Of a DNA stretch of 64,000 bases, positions 52,161 through 64,000 are shown one piece after another. The stretch spans positions 93,241-157,240 of the forward strand of contig MU053934.1 of assembly GCA_013239625.1 (NCBI GenBank), given 5' to 3'. Within the stretch, counting starts at the first letter, position 1. Each line of letters opens with the position of its first letter. Position numbers and translations under genes: made by a program. This DNA comes from Lama guanicoe (Eukaryota). The notes beneath the pieces were generated by a model. The model did no database searches and was not told the DNA's origin. It saw only the letters and a program-made list of their open reading frames with translations.

Positions 52161-54212
52161 TCAGCCTTTCGGTTCAAACATGGGGAAACTGAGGCCCTGG
52201 GAGGCCAGGCAGCTGGTCCAGCACCACCAGAGTGCCCCGCTGTCTCTGGGCCAGATGGCGGAGCCTTCCTGGGGAGTGGACAGAGGGGCCGGGACCCTCC
52301 CTCGCTTCTGCAGTATGTGCCCGTTGGAGACAAGTGCAGGAGCCAGGTGTCGGGGATTCACTGGAGAACAGTCTGCTGGGTCCACTGGGCTGGCCACACA
52401 CTCCTAGTCCACCCCCGGCCACAAGGGAGGGCTGGACATCTATCTACTTCATGGGATCATGACCAGCCTGGGCATTTGTGGGTCCCCTCTCTGCGACTGT
52501 TCAATCTTTTGACTCTTCCAGATTTCGGGCTTTCAAACTAGCCAGACAGAGCCCGCGCAGCCCGCATCCTGCACGTACAGCCCCGGTATCACACTTACGG
52601 GTGGGAAGGTCTCCATCCTCCCACTCACTCCTGCCTTTGGACCCGGCCCTCTGCTCTTGGGAGACCCAGCTCTTGCCTTCCGGATTTGTCTGCCATTGCC
52701 CAGCTCTGTGGCCATCATTTAAAGGGGAGAAAGGCCAGAAGGGTCACAGAACATGAGGCTTGGCATAAACACAGGCAAGAAATAAATCCTGGCTCTGTCG
52801 AAATCTGGCCATATTGTGCAAGGAATTTAGTTTCTCCCGACCTCAGGTGCTTCCCTAAAATGGGGCCATAACATCTCCCTCTTGAGCTGCGGGAGAGACT
52901 GGACAAGGTAAACAGAAATTCTAATTCTGGGAGGTAAACCCAGCACACGGCAGGCGTGAAGCAACAAGTGGTCCCTATCACACTGCAGTGCTGTCCTGTT
53001 TCCTGGCTTGATCTTCCAGGATCTCTTTTGACCATGGCTTTGGTACTTCATGCAGGCGTCCTGCTGCAACCACTGACCCTCGGGGTCTCAGGCCAGCCAA
53101 GGCTGTCTGCTCGTTATCTCTGAAATGGAGAAAGCAGTCTCCCCGGGTAACGCAGGCATTGAAGGCATTTTGCAAAACTACTGGAGGCAGCAGCCCTCTG
53201 TAGCCGTACAGTTGCTTATTGCTGTCACTTCTCAAAGTCCCTTTGCTCAACAGAACTTGGAGCCTGTGTGTACACAGGGGCCGGGGCTGGTCTGCAAGGA
53301 GCAGTCATGCTCCAAGGAAGTCACTGTGTTGATCCAGGCCAGCGTGGGACGAGAACAGAGTGGCAGCCCAAGGAGAACCACCGCAAGGTTTGGTATCAAC
53401 ACGTGGTGAGGGGGGGATTCTGGAGCAGGTCAGAATCAGGACGGGTCTCTGAAACAACCCTTGGTGAAGCGATCAGCAGCTCCCTGTGCAGAAGCGCCGG
53501 TTGAGAGGGACTGGAAGTCGACATTAGAGTCCTCTAAGCATCGTCTGTAGTCCACTCTTTACAATTATGCTTAAGTTAATTAGATACCATGTGATATACG
53601 GCCCTCAGGCCACTATTTCCCGGGAGCTCCATAAAGGATGAGACCAAGATGGGACCTGGGTGAGCTTGACTCAGCCGGTGGGAGGACCAGGGGTCTGAGT
53701 CAGACTGTTCTGGCCTGCGTTCCTCTCTTTCTTTGTCTTTCTCTGGACAGTAACTTCATGGTTTTCAAACACCCTAGGTTCCCTCGTCCACGGCCAGGCA
53801 ATCTCTTTCATATAAACCCTACATGAGACACGGGCAGAGCTGGGGCTGGTCACCCTCCCCCCGGAAAAGGTCTGTACCTTATTTATTGATCATGGGTGTT
53901 GGGGATGGGACTTAGGGGTCTAAAGAAGATCCTTGGATCAAGATGGCAAAGCCCTTGGGGAGAGGAGGGAAGGTGTCCCAGGGCTGATGGGCAGGGGTTA
54001 TGCATTCAACAATCACCAAGCACCGACTTTGTGCCAGGCACTGTGCTAGGGAACGAAACAGCCAAAGCTTCCTCCTGCCTGGTGATTACATTCTTGTCTT
54101 AAATGTCTCAAGACGCTAAATTGGGGTCCAAGACTGCATTTGCAGCTAATTATTTTAAGATCTGATTGCTTTGGAAATAGGTGGGAGGCAATGGAAGGGA
54201 GTGGCAAGTCCT

Positions 54213-54243
<31 letters not shown>

Positions 54244-54260
54244 CTCTCTCTCTCTCTCTC
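54213..54260. repeat. Compound (AC)n(TC)n microsatellite
   Basis: Directly visible. Confidence 0.97.
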
Positions 54261-55516
54261 GATACGGAAGTCTACACGTGGCTGTCTCCAATACCACCAA
54301 TCTCAAATTACTATTACAATCAAGGTTATTACAGAAGCCACTTCTTGGAGTAGAAGATAATTCCTTCTCTCATGGCCCTGGTACATGGGGGCAGCTTTGA
54401 TCTTTGCTGTCCCACATGAAGCCCTGGCCAGGGCCGTGCGCTCAGGTGTAGACACTCAGGCTGAGCAAGTCAGTTTCTCTCTCCTGGAAATTTGAACAGA
54501 TGCAGACACGAGATCACAGAGCTGACTGGCACTAACATCAAGCAGAACTCCAGAAGCTTCTGAAGCTCTGCTGCAGGGGGGTCGGGAGCTGCCCGGGGTT
54601 AATTACTGTCTCAAGTAGTGGTTTTCCAGATCCGACTTTGCTTTTGTAAGATACAGCATGCAGGAATTTATCCCCTTTGATTTCTTTTCATTTTAATTAA
54701 GTGTCTAGCACTGGTTTTGGTTGCTTGCGACCAAACCACCAGTGTATCTCAGGCCCAGAGTCAGCAGACCCAGTCGGCAGCATGCCTTATGAAATCGAGT
54801 CCTAGAAAGCCTTATTTCCTTCTGCAGAGGGAGTCAGATTCTGGAGCGCGTTCTGCAAATTCCCTTTAATCTCACTGAAACGCAAACTGCTGCGAAGACG
54901 GATTTGTCACTAGATCGGTCCATTTCAGCCTCAGTTCAAGGAGGTTTTGATACTGGTGCCCTGAACGGCCCCCGCCCCCATGAAGTCGTTTCAGCCATAA
55001 AGTGGTTGCAGGGCCCCAACTCTGAGCACGTCTGTTCACTGAGGTGGCAACAGCAGCCTGCGCTTTCCTGCACCGTGTCCCGCTCGCATATCCTTCCCCG
55101 GCTGGGGCCTGTTGACCACCTAGGGCTGCAAGGCTGGCGGCCACCATTAACCTGGAAAGCAAGCCTTGCAGGGGATGGAGTGTTTCAAGTGCAGAATCTT
55201 CTGGGAGCCGAGGGGCAGTGTGGCGAGGTGGGAGGCCCCGACTGGGAGCCATCTCCGACCGGCTGAGCGGCTCTCTCTGAGTGGTTCATCCAGAGTCATC
55301 ACACAGAAGATTCTGGAAGGCAGTCTTGTGTAGTAGTGACCAGACAAACTGGGTTTCTAGCTTTGGCTCCACCACTCGTCTTGGGCAAGTCACTTCTGAG
55401 TCTCAGAGTTCGCGCGTGTGTTAAGTATTTTGATGAGAAAGAGCACGCGTGCGTGTGGAAGCGCTTGGTGGGACGCCTGGCGCACATGGAGCGCTGAGTA
55501 CTTGATGGTCGCTGCC

Positions 55517-55905
55517 TGTGATGGTTAATTTTCTGTGTCAGTGGGGCTGGGCCATGACGCCCAGCTGGGTGGTCAAACACTCGCTTAGATGTTGCTGTGA
55601 AGGTGTTTTGTGGATGTGAGTTACATTTAGAATCAGCTGACTTTACATCAAAGCCCTTACTCTTAATAAAGTGGGTGGCCCTCATCCCATCAGCTGAAGA
55701 CTTTAAGAGCAAAAATTGAGCTTTCCTGGAAGGGAAGGAATTCTGCTTCAAACCCGTAGCACAGAACTCCTGCCTGAGTTTCCGGCCTGCTGGCCTGCTC
55801 TGTGGGTTTCAGACTTGCCGGTCATCACAGTTCTCAGAACAACTTCCTCTCCACCCAGCCAGCCATCCTGTGGCTCTGCTTCTCTGCAGAATCCTCACTG
55901 ACACA
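55517..55905 (+). mobile_element. MLT2 (ERVL) solo LTR with 5-bp TSD
   Basis: tgtgatggttaattttctgtgtca...ctgacaca. ctgcc at 55512-55516 and 55906-55910. Confidence 0.88.
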
Positions 55906-57329
55906 CTGCCCTTGTCTAAGACCCTTTCAAAAATATCCACAAACCCACTACAATCTTTTTGGGCTGAGGATTCAGGTTTCTTAAAAGAAACCTTAGGTAC
56001 CTACTGAAGTCACTCAGAACCCTGCAGGCACCGTGGGGGGGCGCCGTGCCCTGGAGGCAGCCAGCCCTGGGTTCTAGTGCAGCCTGCCACCCTGTCTTAC
56101 AAGCTTGGGGACATCGCCAAACCTTTGGTAGCCACAGGTTCTCCATCTGTAAAGTAGAGATAATGCTCCCGTCTTATGGACCAGAATCGCTGTGAGGATG
56201 GAAGGAAACAATCCCTCTAGAGCTGGACGCAGTGTCTGACTCAGAGTAACGGGTAAACGAGCTTGCTTCCCCGTTCCTGGCTCCGCTCAGGGGTGGGCCT
56301 GGCACGAGGGAACGGGGGCGGGGGAGGGATTCCAAAAAGGCCACCAACTGCATACAACCAGGACCGGTTTCCGGCTTGCCGGCCTGCTTGTCTGTGGGAA
56401 ACAGAGTTTGTTAGATTTCGGGCTCCAGCCAGGTCCCTGAGTCCTTCTTCGTGTCAAAAACAACTGAGGCGTTCCTGCCGGGGACCTCCATCCCTTCCAG
56501 CCCAGCGGAGCTGACCGGGCGGACCCGCGAGCTGGCCGTGACGATCTTCAAGTCCCCCGCTCTCCGCTCCTCTGCATCTTTCCCCCTCAGCCTCTCCTCA
56601 GTTATCTCAAGGATGCAGATAATTCAGAGCCTTCTTTGCTCCTACCTGGTAAAACCCGATGGGCGCAGCAGGGGTGTGTGAGTGGACGGCGAGGTTTCCT
56701 AAGCCAATCGAGGGGGAGGGTGCGGGCAGAGACCGCAGGCTTCCACGGGGCTCAGCGCTAAATGCAAGAAACAGTGCGCAAGGGCACACTGTGAGGTAGC
56801 TGGGCTTCCCGGTGCTTAAAATGACCAAACCCCAAGACCGATCCAGGCTGCTGGCTGCGTGTGTACAGCCCTGTGTGCATACACACACCCCCTCCCTCTC
56901 TCTCTTTCTAGCCCCATCCTTTGCCCGAGAGGCGGGTCTCTGCCACCAGGAAAAGAGCCCAGGTTCCTGGCATGAAGAGACTATGAGAAAGTGTCTCCGA
57001 GAAATCAGGCACAAGGAGGCCCTGTGACATCACCTCATCAGTGGTGAGGATGAGGGCTGAGGCTGGGCGGCGGGGGTCTGCAGCCCGGCTGATCACCTAA
57101 CCTCTCTGTTCCGCTGTGTCTGTGTCTGTAAAGGTGGGGGTGGGGTTAACAGCATTCCTCTCAGAGGGTGCTTGTGAGGCTCGCGTGGGTTCCTGCAGGT
57201 CAGGTGCTTCCTCCGGGCCTGGCAGGTGATGAGCACCTGGTATGGGTTGGCCATCAGCCAAGCTGCAGCCCACCTTCTCGGGCCAGCTTGACCACGGTCA
57301 CAAAGGCGGGACCTTCCCACTCAGTCCCC

Positions 57330-58420
57330 TCACTGGTTCATTTCCTCACCGTTCCACTCTGTGCCGGGCAATGCTGAAGCACTTGGGGTGCCCTGGTCGG
57401 GAGAACAGGCAGGGATCCCTGTCCTCGTGGGGCTGACATTTTGGTGGGTGGGTGAGGGGACAGCCCATGAGAACAAACAGTGACTCGCACAGTATGCTGG
57501 AAAGTGAGGGCTGCTGAGAGAAAATGGAGCTGGATGTGGGATGTCAGGAATGCCGGAGGTGGGGAAAGGGTTGTAAATTTAGAGTGGTCCAGGCAGGGAT
57601 CTCAGGGAGAAGAGGATATTGAAACAAATACCTGAGTAGGTGAGGGAGCAGGTCACATGGTGATCTGGGGCGAGAGCTTTCTGGGCTAAGGAAGCAGCCA
57701 GGGCACAGGCCCTAATGACATGAGCAGAATAAGGAACAGAGAATGTAGCCAGAGATGGGGCCAGAGAGGCACTAGGGGACGGAGGGAGTGAGCAGCTCAC
57801 GCAGGGTCCTGGAGACCACCGAAGGGTGCAGTGGGCAGAACTCCCACCTCCTCCAAAGATATCCACCCCCGAATCCCAGAAACCTGCAGGTATCTGACCT
57901 TACATGGCAAAGGGACTCTGTTGATGCACTTAAGGATGCTGAGATGAGGTTATCCCGGATTATTCAGGTGGGCACAGGGTCATAGTAAGGATCCTTAGAA
58001 GGGGTAGGGAGGAGAGTCAGAGCCAGAGAAGGAGATGGGATGACAGAAGCAGAGCTTGGAGTGATGCTGCCATGCGCCAAGGGATGTACGTGGCCTCTGG
58101 ACGGCCAGGAAACAGACTCTCCCGCCGAGCCTCCCGAGAGAACGCAGCCCTGCTCACACCTTGGTTTTGACCTCCACGAGACACTTTCCAGGGTCCTTAC
58201 AGCAGCAACAGGAGACTAACACAAACTCCTTAAGCTGGGGAGTGGGCGATCTGTTTTCTGTGTTAGAAGACTCGCTCGACTGCTGTGTTGACAGCCGACG
58301 GCGGTGTCACAAGGGGAGAGGCTGGGAGACGGGTCAGGAGCCCCTGCGGTAATGCGGGCGCTGCCATGTGGGATGGCCAGATAGTCTGACGTTTCAAGAG
58401 GAGCCAACTGAAATGATTTT
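57330..58420. mobile_element. L2 fragment interrupted by an MLT1D-like LTR (about 57827-58223)
   Basis: MLT: ttacatggcaaagggact...gagatgaggttatcccggattattcaggtggg...gagactaacaca. L2-like text on both sides. Confidence 0.7.
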
Positions 58421-61400
58421 CAACACACGTGAGGCTGGGTGTCTCGCAGGGGACGCCCATTTGAAGAGGGGCTGAGCAGTGAGAAGAAGGGCATGATCAC
58501 TCATCTGATGATGGAGAGTCCCTCCCGAACCCACCACTTCACTAATTGTGTAATCACAGGCAATTTTTTTTAGCTCTAGGCTTTTTGTTTTCTTATCTTG
58601 ATGATAATAAATACTTCACAGGCTCGGTTATTAAGAGAACTAAGATAATACATTCATCATTTAGTGAATATTGATGAAGCCAGACATAGATATTGAATCT
58701 GGAGCAGAGTGGACAGATACAACCCCTGCCCTGACAGAGCCCGAAGTGGGGTCGGGGGTCAGGGACAGAGACAGACGTGCAGGGGTCTCTGGTGTACAGC
58801 GGGGCTCTACTGAGAAGCAGGAGTTAGTTAGCCAGTCAGGAGAGGGGGTTCGAGGTATTTGCAAAGCTCTGGAAGCAAGAAAGCATGCAGGATTTGGGGG
58901 AACTGAATTTCTTAGAACGTGAGCAGGGCGAACGAGGCCACAGGTAGAAATGACCTTGAAGGGCAGGGAAGGGCGTGTGTGCACGTGCAAGTCTGTGTGT
59001 GGCCCGAGAAGCCCCCTGGTCTCCGGCAGCCCGCCTCCCCTTCTTCTGCCTGGCTTCAAAGAAAGAGAAGTGTGACTTTCAACCAGAGCAAGAGAAAATC
59101 ATCTGAAAAACACCTCTCGGGACTGAGCAACCTATCTCAGGCGGAGAGGGCGGAGCGGGCAGAGCTAAGCTGTGCCTGTCATCTGCGTCGACAGCTGGAA
59201 GCCGAGTGGGTCCCAGCCCGTCCCAGCCCTGTCTTCCCACCCCTGCCCGCTGAGGCCAGGTAACACGGTCTGCTCAGATTCCATTCCATTTGCACAGGAA
59301 ACGAGTTCCCAGAAGACAGGCTCCCAGGAGGTATGCGGGGACGACAGCCAAGTGTTGCAAAGAAGGGAGATGTGGCCACCTACAGGGAGTGTCACCGCAA
59401 GGCGGACACCACAGATGTGGTCAGAGATGGGCAGGGCCATCTGAGAGCCGGGAGGCTCCCGGGCCCCAGCAAGACTGGGCAGTTCCCACACTGAGGACAT
59501 TAACACCTCCGGAGGGAGAGGCTGTCCGGCAGGGAGGGGCAGGGAGGAAAGAGAAGCTAAGGATGAGCTTTCAGGGCAAACGAATGCAAGACAAAGGCAA
59601 AGGTGATTTTCCCAGCTGTGTTCTACGTCAGGCTCACATGCAGCTCTCGACATCTCTATTCAACCTGATTTAATTACCCACCGCCCAGACTTTTAGCAAT
59701 CATGGCTATTCATCGGGGAGCGTTCCATGTGCTGGCCCTAGGTGGGCTGCGGGCTGGGCAGTTACTGGGGAGGGGGGTGGTCAACCTGAGCTCCGCAGTG
59801 GGGCAGCCTGCCCGGATTCGGGCCCTACCTGGACACTCACCACCTCACACTCTCCAACAAGTTCTTTGTGTCATAGTCTCCCCACGGATGCTCTCAGGAG
59901 CCGGGCTGTGGGGTTTTGTACAGATTAAATGGAATATCTCATGCGGAAGTGAAGACAGCTCTCTAATGCAGAGAATGCACTCGATAAATGCAGCCTGTGA
60001 GTATGGTCTCGGCCAGCATGATGATGGTGGGGATGCGCCCATCCGGCCGCTGGATCGCTAACAGGTTAAGCACAGAACACCTTTGGATAAGCCCAGGATG
60101 AGCGAGCTGTCTGCTTAGCAATGCTGTGCCCGTGGGCATGTTATTTCGCCGAAGCATCCTCACCTGTTAAATGAACCGTGCAGAGGTTAAACAACAAAAT
60201 ACAGGCGCAAGAGCTTGGATCGGTGCTCGGCGTATAGTATGCGCTCGATAAATGTTAAACGTTACGGTAGAATTAAAGTGATGAATTCACACCAGGAAAT
60301 GCCACCTGGTCATGTCCCTCATCAAGCAGCCAGTCGGCCTCGCTTGGCGCCACCTGTCCCTGGCCTTGTTCACAGTTCTGCCCTCATTCAATCAGTATTT
60401 ATAGAGCAGGTATTATGTGCCCCAGGGGACATGACGGGGGAGCGAGGGTAGACGGCATCCTGGAAAGAACACAAGACAAATGGAATGCGTCAGTCCGGTA
60501 CACTGTCAGGATACAGTCTCGACCAACATGGTGTGTGTGTCCCCGAGAAAGCCAGGCAACGTTAGCAAAGCAGAGAGGTTTACAGCTTCGAGCGCTGAAC
60601 AAAGATGAAGATTCTGCAGGGTTAGTGTCAGAGGCGAGAAACCAGCCCCAGCCTCGTGATGCGGGAAGTCCCAGCTGAGGGGGGCTGCCTAGGCCTCTGC
60701 CATCCTGGGTACATGCCACGGTCTTTCACGCCCTCAAACCTCTTACTCCTTGAAGCCCACACTCAGCCATCACCTACTTTCAAGGCGTCTCCTGCCCTCC
60801 CACACAGAGTCATCTCATGTGTCTGAGCTGCTCTGTCTTGTGTCTCTGTTCTGAGCTACTCCATCCTTTATCTTTTACTGTATCTTGATGGATCATGAGA
60901 ACAGCAGCGGCAGCTGCAGCTGGAGCGCCCCCTGGAAGGCAAACCCCTGGACAGCAGGAACCCAGCCCCCGGCACAGACGCACCATGTGTACCCCTGGAA
61001 TGTAGAATGTTCCAGGCATTGTGCCAGCTGCTTTCCCAATACTGTATTACATTGGATCTTTCCAGAACCTTAAGAGGGAAGAAATAATATGATTCCCATT
61101 TTATAGATGGAGACAGTTGGAGGGGTTAAGCACCTTTCCCAAGGTCACATAAATGCTGAGCAAGGAGTACTCAGCATGCACTCAGATGCCAAGTTGAAAT
61201 GTGGGTTTGGGTGATTCTGGGGCCAGCTCACCGCCTGGCACGCAGCAGGTGCTCACTCAGTATTCTTTGGGATGAATATGGGTATATAGTTTCTTATTTC
61301 ATAGGGAGAAAAACTGAGATGGTTACTGGAAGTTATCAGGCTGTGTGGCAGGTGGCAGAGTTCGCAGTGGGGGTGGAGGGAGGGTCATGGGCGGGAGCCC

Positions 61401-64000
61401 AGCAAAGGAGTACTGTTCAGAGTGCAGTGAACGGAGCAAAGCACAGAAAATTAACCCCTGCTGAGCACCGACTCTACCCCTGCAAGAAGCTACTATTAGC
61501 CCCTGTACTAACTGAGGAAACGGGACTGGGGAGACCGAGGCAGCCTCCCCAAGTCACATCCTGGACAAGTGTGGCAAAACTTGGGTTCCAGTGCAGGTCT
61601 GCGTGACTTCTGCCACACCTGCTGAATCTCCATTGACATTTCTGAAACCAAGAGTGAAAGCTGCACATCGACAAGCTCATTTTTTAGAAGAAACAGGTGA
61701 AGGGGTGGGAGGGAGGGTTGAGTGAAACTCTGTAGCTATGTCCATGCATATAACTGATTTCATTATTTTCCAATTGATAGTATTAGCTGGTTGCTAAGCA
61801 ATCATGCAGGGAGGCTCTGATGCTGATTTTTTTTTTTTTGGTAACCAAGTAGGCTCCGAAAAAAAAGTGATACTGGCAAGTGTCTGGGGGGTCTGGTCAA
61901 AGGGCTGCCAGTCGGCCTGCTTCGGTATCCTGGGGTTTGAGATGGATCTAGCCCCTTCCATTAGTGAGCAGGCTGTTGCAGAGGGGAGCCCACCTTCCCC
62001 TGCTGACACCAACAGTTAACCTCTCCGGGGCGTCTGTCCGGTCATCTGTAATAACACTGACCTCATAGAGGGGCGTGAGGAACAGAGCTGATTTACACCA
62101 ACAGCTGGCAGGGTTGCTGGCCAAGGTAAGGGCTCGATAAATTGCAACTATCATCATTTTTAGCAGATATATTTTAACAGAGCTTGGGTGGAGCATTTTG
62201 CTGGATATCCATGCTGAAGAAGTCAGTCTCCAGGAGCCCTGGGCGGGTGAGGGGTGGGGGGTCTCACAGCTGCCACCGCAAACTACTCTGAGCCACATCC
62301 CAACCAACACCGTAACCCTGGTCACAAACATACCTACTTTAAGCGTCTGGATCAGAAACAAGTCCACCCACTCACAGGGGAAGTTTTTCCTTAAGCCAAT
62401 GGAGAGCCAATATGGTTATGTGCCTATGATAAAGGACAGCGCATGCTTATTTGGGACTTCTGATAGAATCGTTTTCCTTACCACTTCTCAAAATTCTGGC
62501 GCCTAGCAATGAACGAGGTCAAAGGTCACAAACTGGTCTGGAGTTGGGGTGGGACGGTTCCATTGATCCTGAAGACATGCTTGATCTGGCACAACAGTTG
62601 TTTGAATTCTTTTTTAAGAAGTTACTTGTCAACACTAAAAACCAAAACATGAGCATCTAGATTTCTAGCTCCTCTTGAAAAATACAGAGACCTTGGCCCA
62701 CTACTCTCTCCAGAGCAATGATTCCACAACTGCAGTGAACAGATGGCAGCTGCCTGAGATGAGGGCTCTGGTCTCCTATTCTTGGCTCCTTTAGGCCAAG
62801 GTCCTGGCCCCAGCAAGCATGTAGGTTTGTGACTCCTGACAGAAGTCCATGTCTTCATTTTACAATGAGGACACAGGTTGAAATAAACAGGATTGTTGGA
62901 AGTCACACAGTTCCTTACGGCACAGGGTGCAAGCGGGAGCCAGGATTCCTGGGTTGCAGCCGATGCCCTGTCCACCATAAAACACAAAGTCAATGCCATG
63001 ACATCATGTTCAAACCAGGAAGGACATGGGTACACCAAACCAAGAGTAGGGGCTGGCATGAGAAACAGACCAAAGTAGGCAAAGACTTCCAGGTACAGGC
63101 TTTTGCAAGTCTCAGGTGGCAACATTTGAAAGAGGTTCCTTGTCTTCCCTTCCAAAGCTCAGCCTCCTTTGCAGACAGTTAATGATTTCCACTGCAGAAT
63201 CTCTCTCTGGTCCATCTACCTGTCTCTGCTGCTCCATGCACTTGGCCTCCAGCATCTCGCACCAGAATGACTGCAACAGTTTCCTAACTCATCTCTTCTA
63301 GCCCTACTGACTGCGATCCTTCCCTGATGCAGCAGGAATGACCTTCCTTAAATGCACAGCTAATCAAGCCATTCTCTCAGCGACTTTCCATTGGCCGCCC
63401 TGCCTCATAAAATCCCAAGTCCTAGCATATTATGAGAAGTCCTGCGGGACCCACCTGGCTTACATTTCTGGCCACATCATCTCCTGCTGTCCTCCCCATC
63501 AGGGTTCTGGCCACCTTGCTTCCCTGGAATGGACCTCTCTATTGGAACATCACCCCCCTCTCCTGGCTCACTCCAGCTCAGCCTTCAGGTCTCCACTTAG
63601 ATCTCTCTAGACCATCCTTTCCCAGACTGCCTCCACCCCAGATTAGGTTCATAACACTGGGATGGGACACCCCACTCACAGTAGCTAAAGAATCTGTGTC
63701 TTAAATATTCCTGTTGGCTTAAAGCTCTGGAATTCACAGATCCCATGTGCTTCACAGATACGGGGGTCCCTAAGATGAGTTGTGAATATCCACTAAGCAA
63801 ATGGATACTGTGGATGGAAGAGAAGAAAAACTCCGAAAGTCCCACTACCTTTTCACTCTAGACGGGAAGTCACTTCACTTCTCTGGGCACTTAAGCACAT
63901 GTGCACGTAACTGAGAAGTGGACAAAATCAGGTATTCTCCACTCAGGGCCTCTGCACGTCTACAGGGCCCGGGAAGAAAGTAATGGAGTGTTCGGGGCAA

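Overview
Mammalian genomic DNA, most likely camelid judging from the young L1 3' ends (an inference from recalled repeat sequence). It contains the last three coding exons of LARGE1 (xylosyl/glucuronyltransferase) on the minus strand: 51901-52047, 48268-48463 and 45686-45883. Splice sites are canonical GT-AG, phases are consistent and the stop is TAG. The 3'UTR has several candidate poly(A) signals. Positions ~52-64 kb are LARGE1 intron. Positions ~1-41 kb are AT-richer downstream sequence dominated by L1, L2, MIR, MLT/ERV LTRs and DNA-transposon relics. Nearly all listed ORFs are spurious or repeat-derived. I found no convincing new biological system. The best second-look items are a TSD-bounded composite L1 insertion, an L1 5'UTR with an antisense ORF and splice donor, an rG4 next to a proximal AAUAAA, a duplicated poly(A)-signal motif, and several candidate regulatory motifs. 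Repeat boundaries and subfamily names are by-eye estimates.
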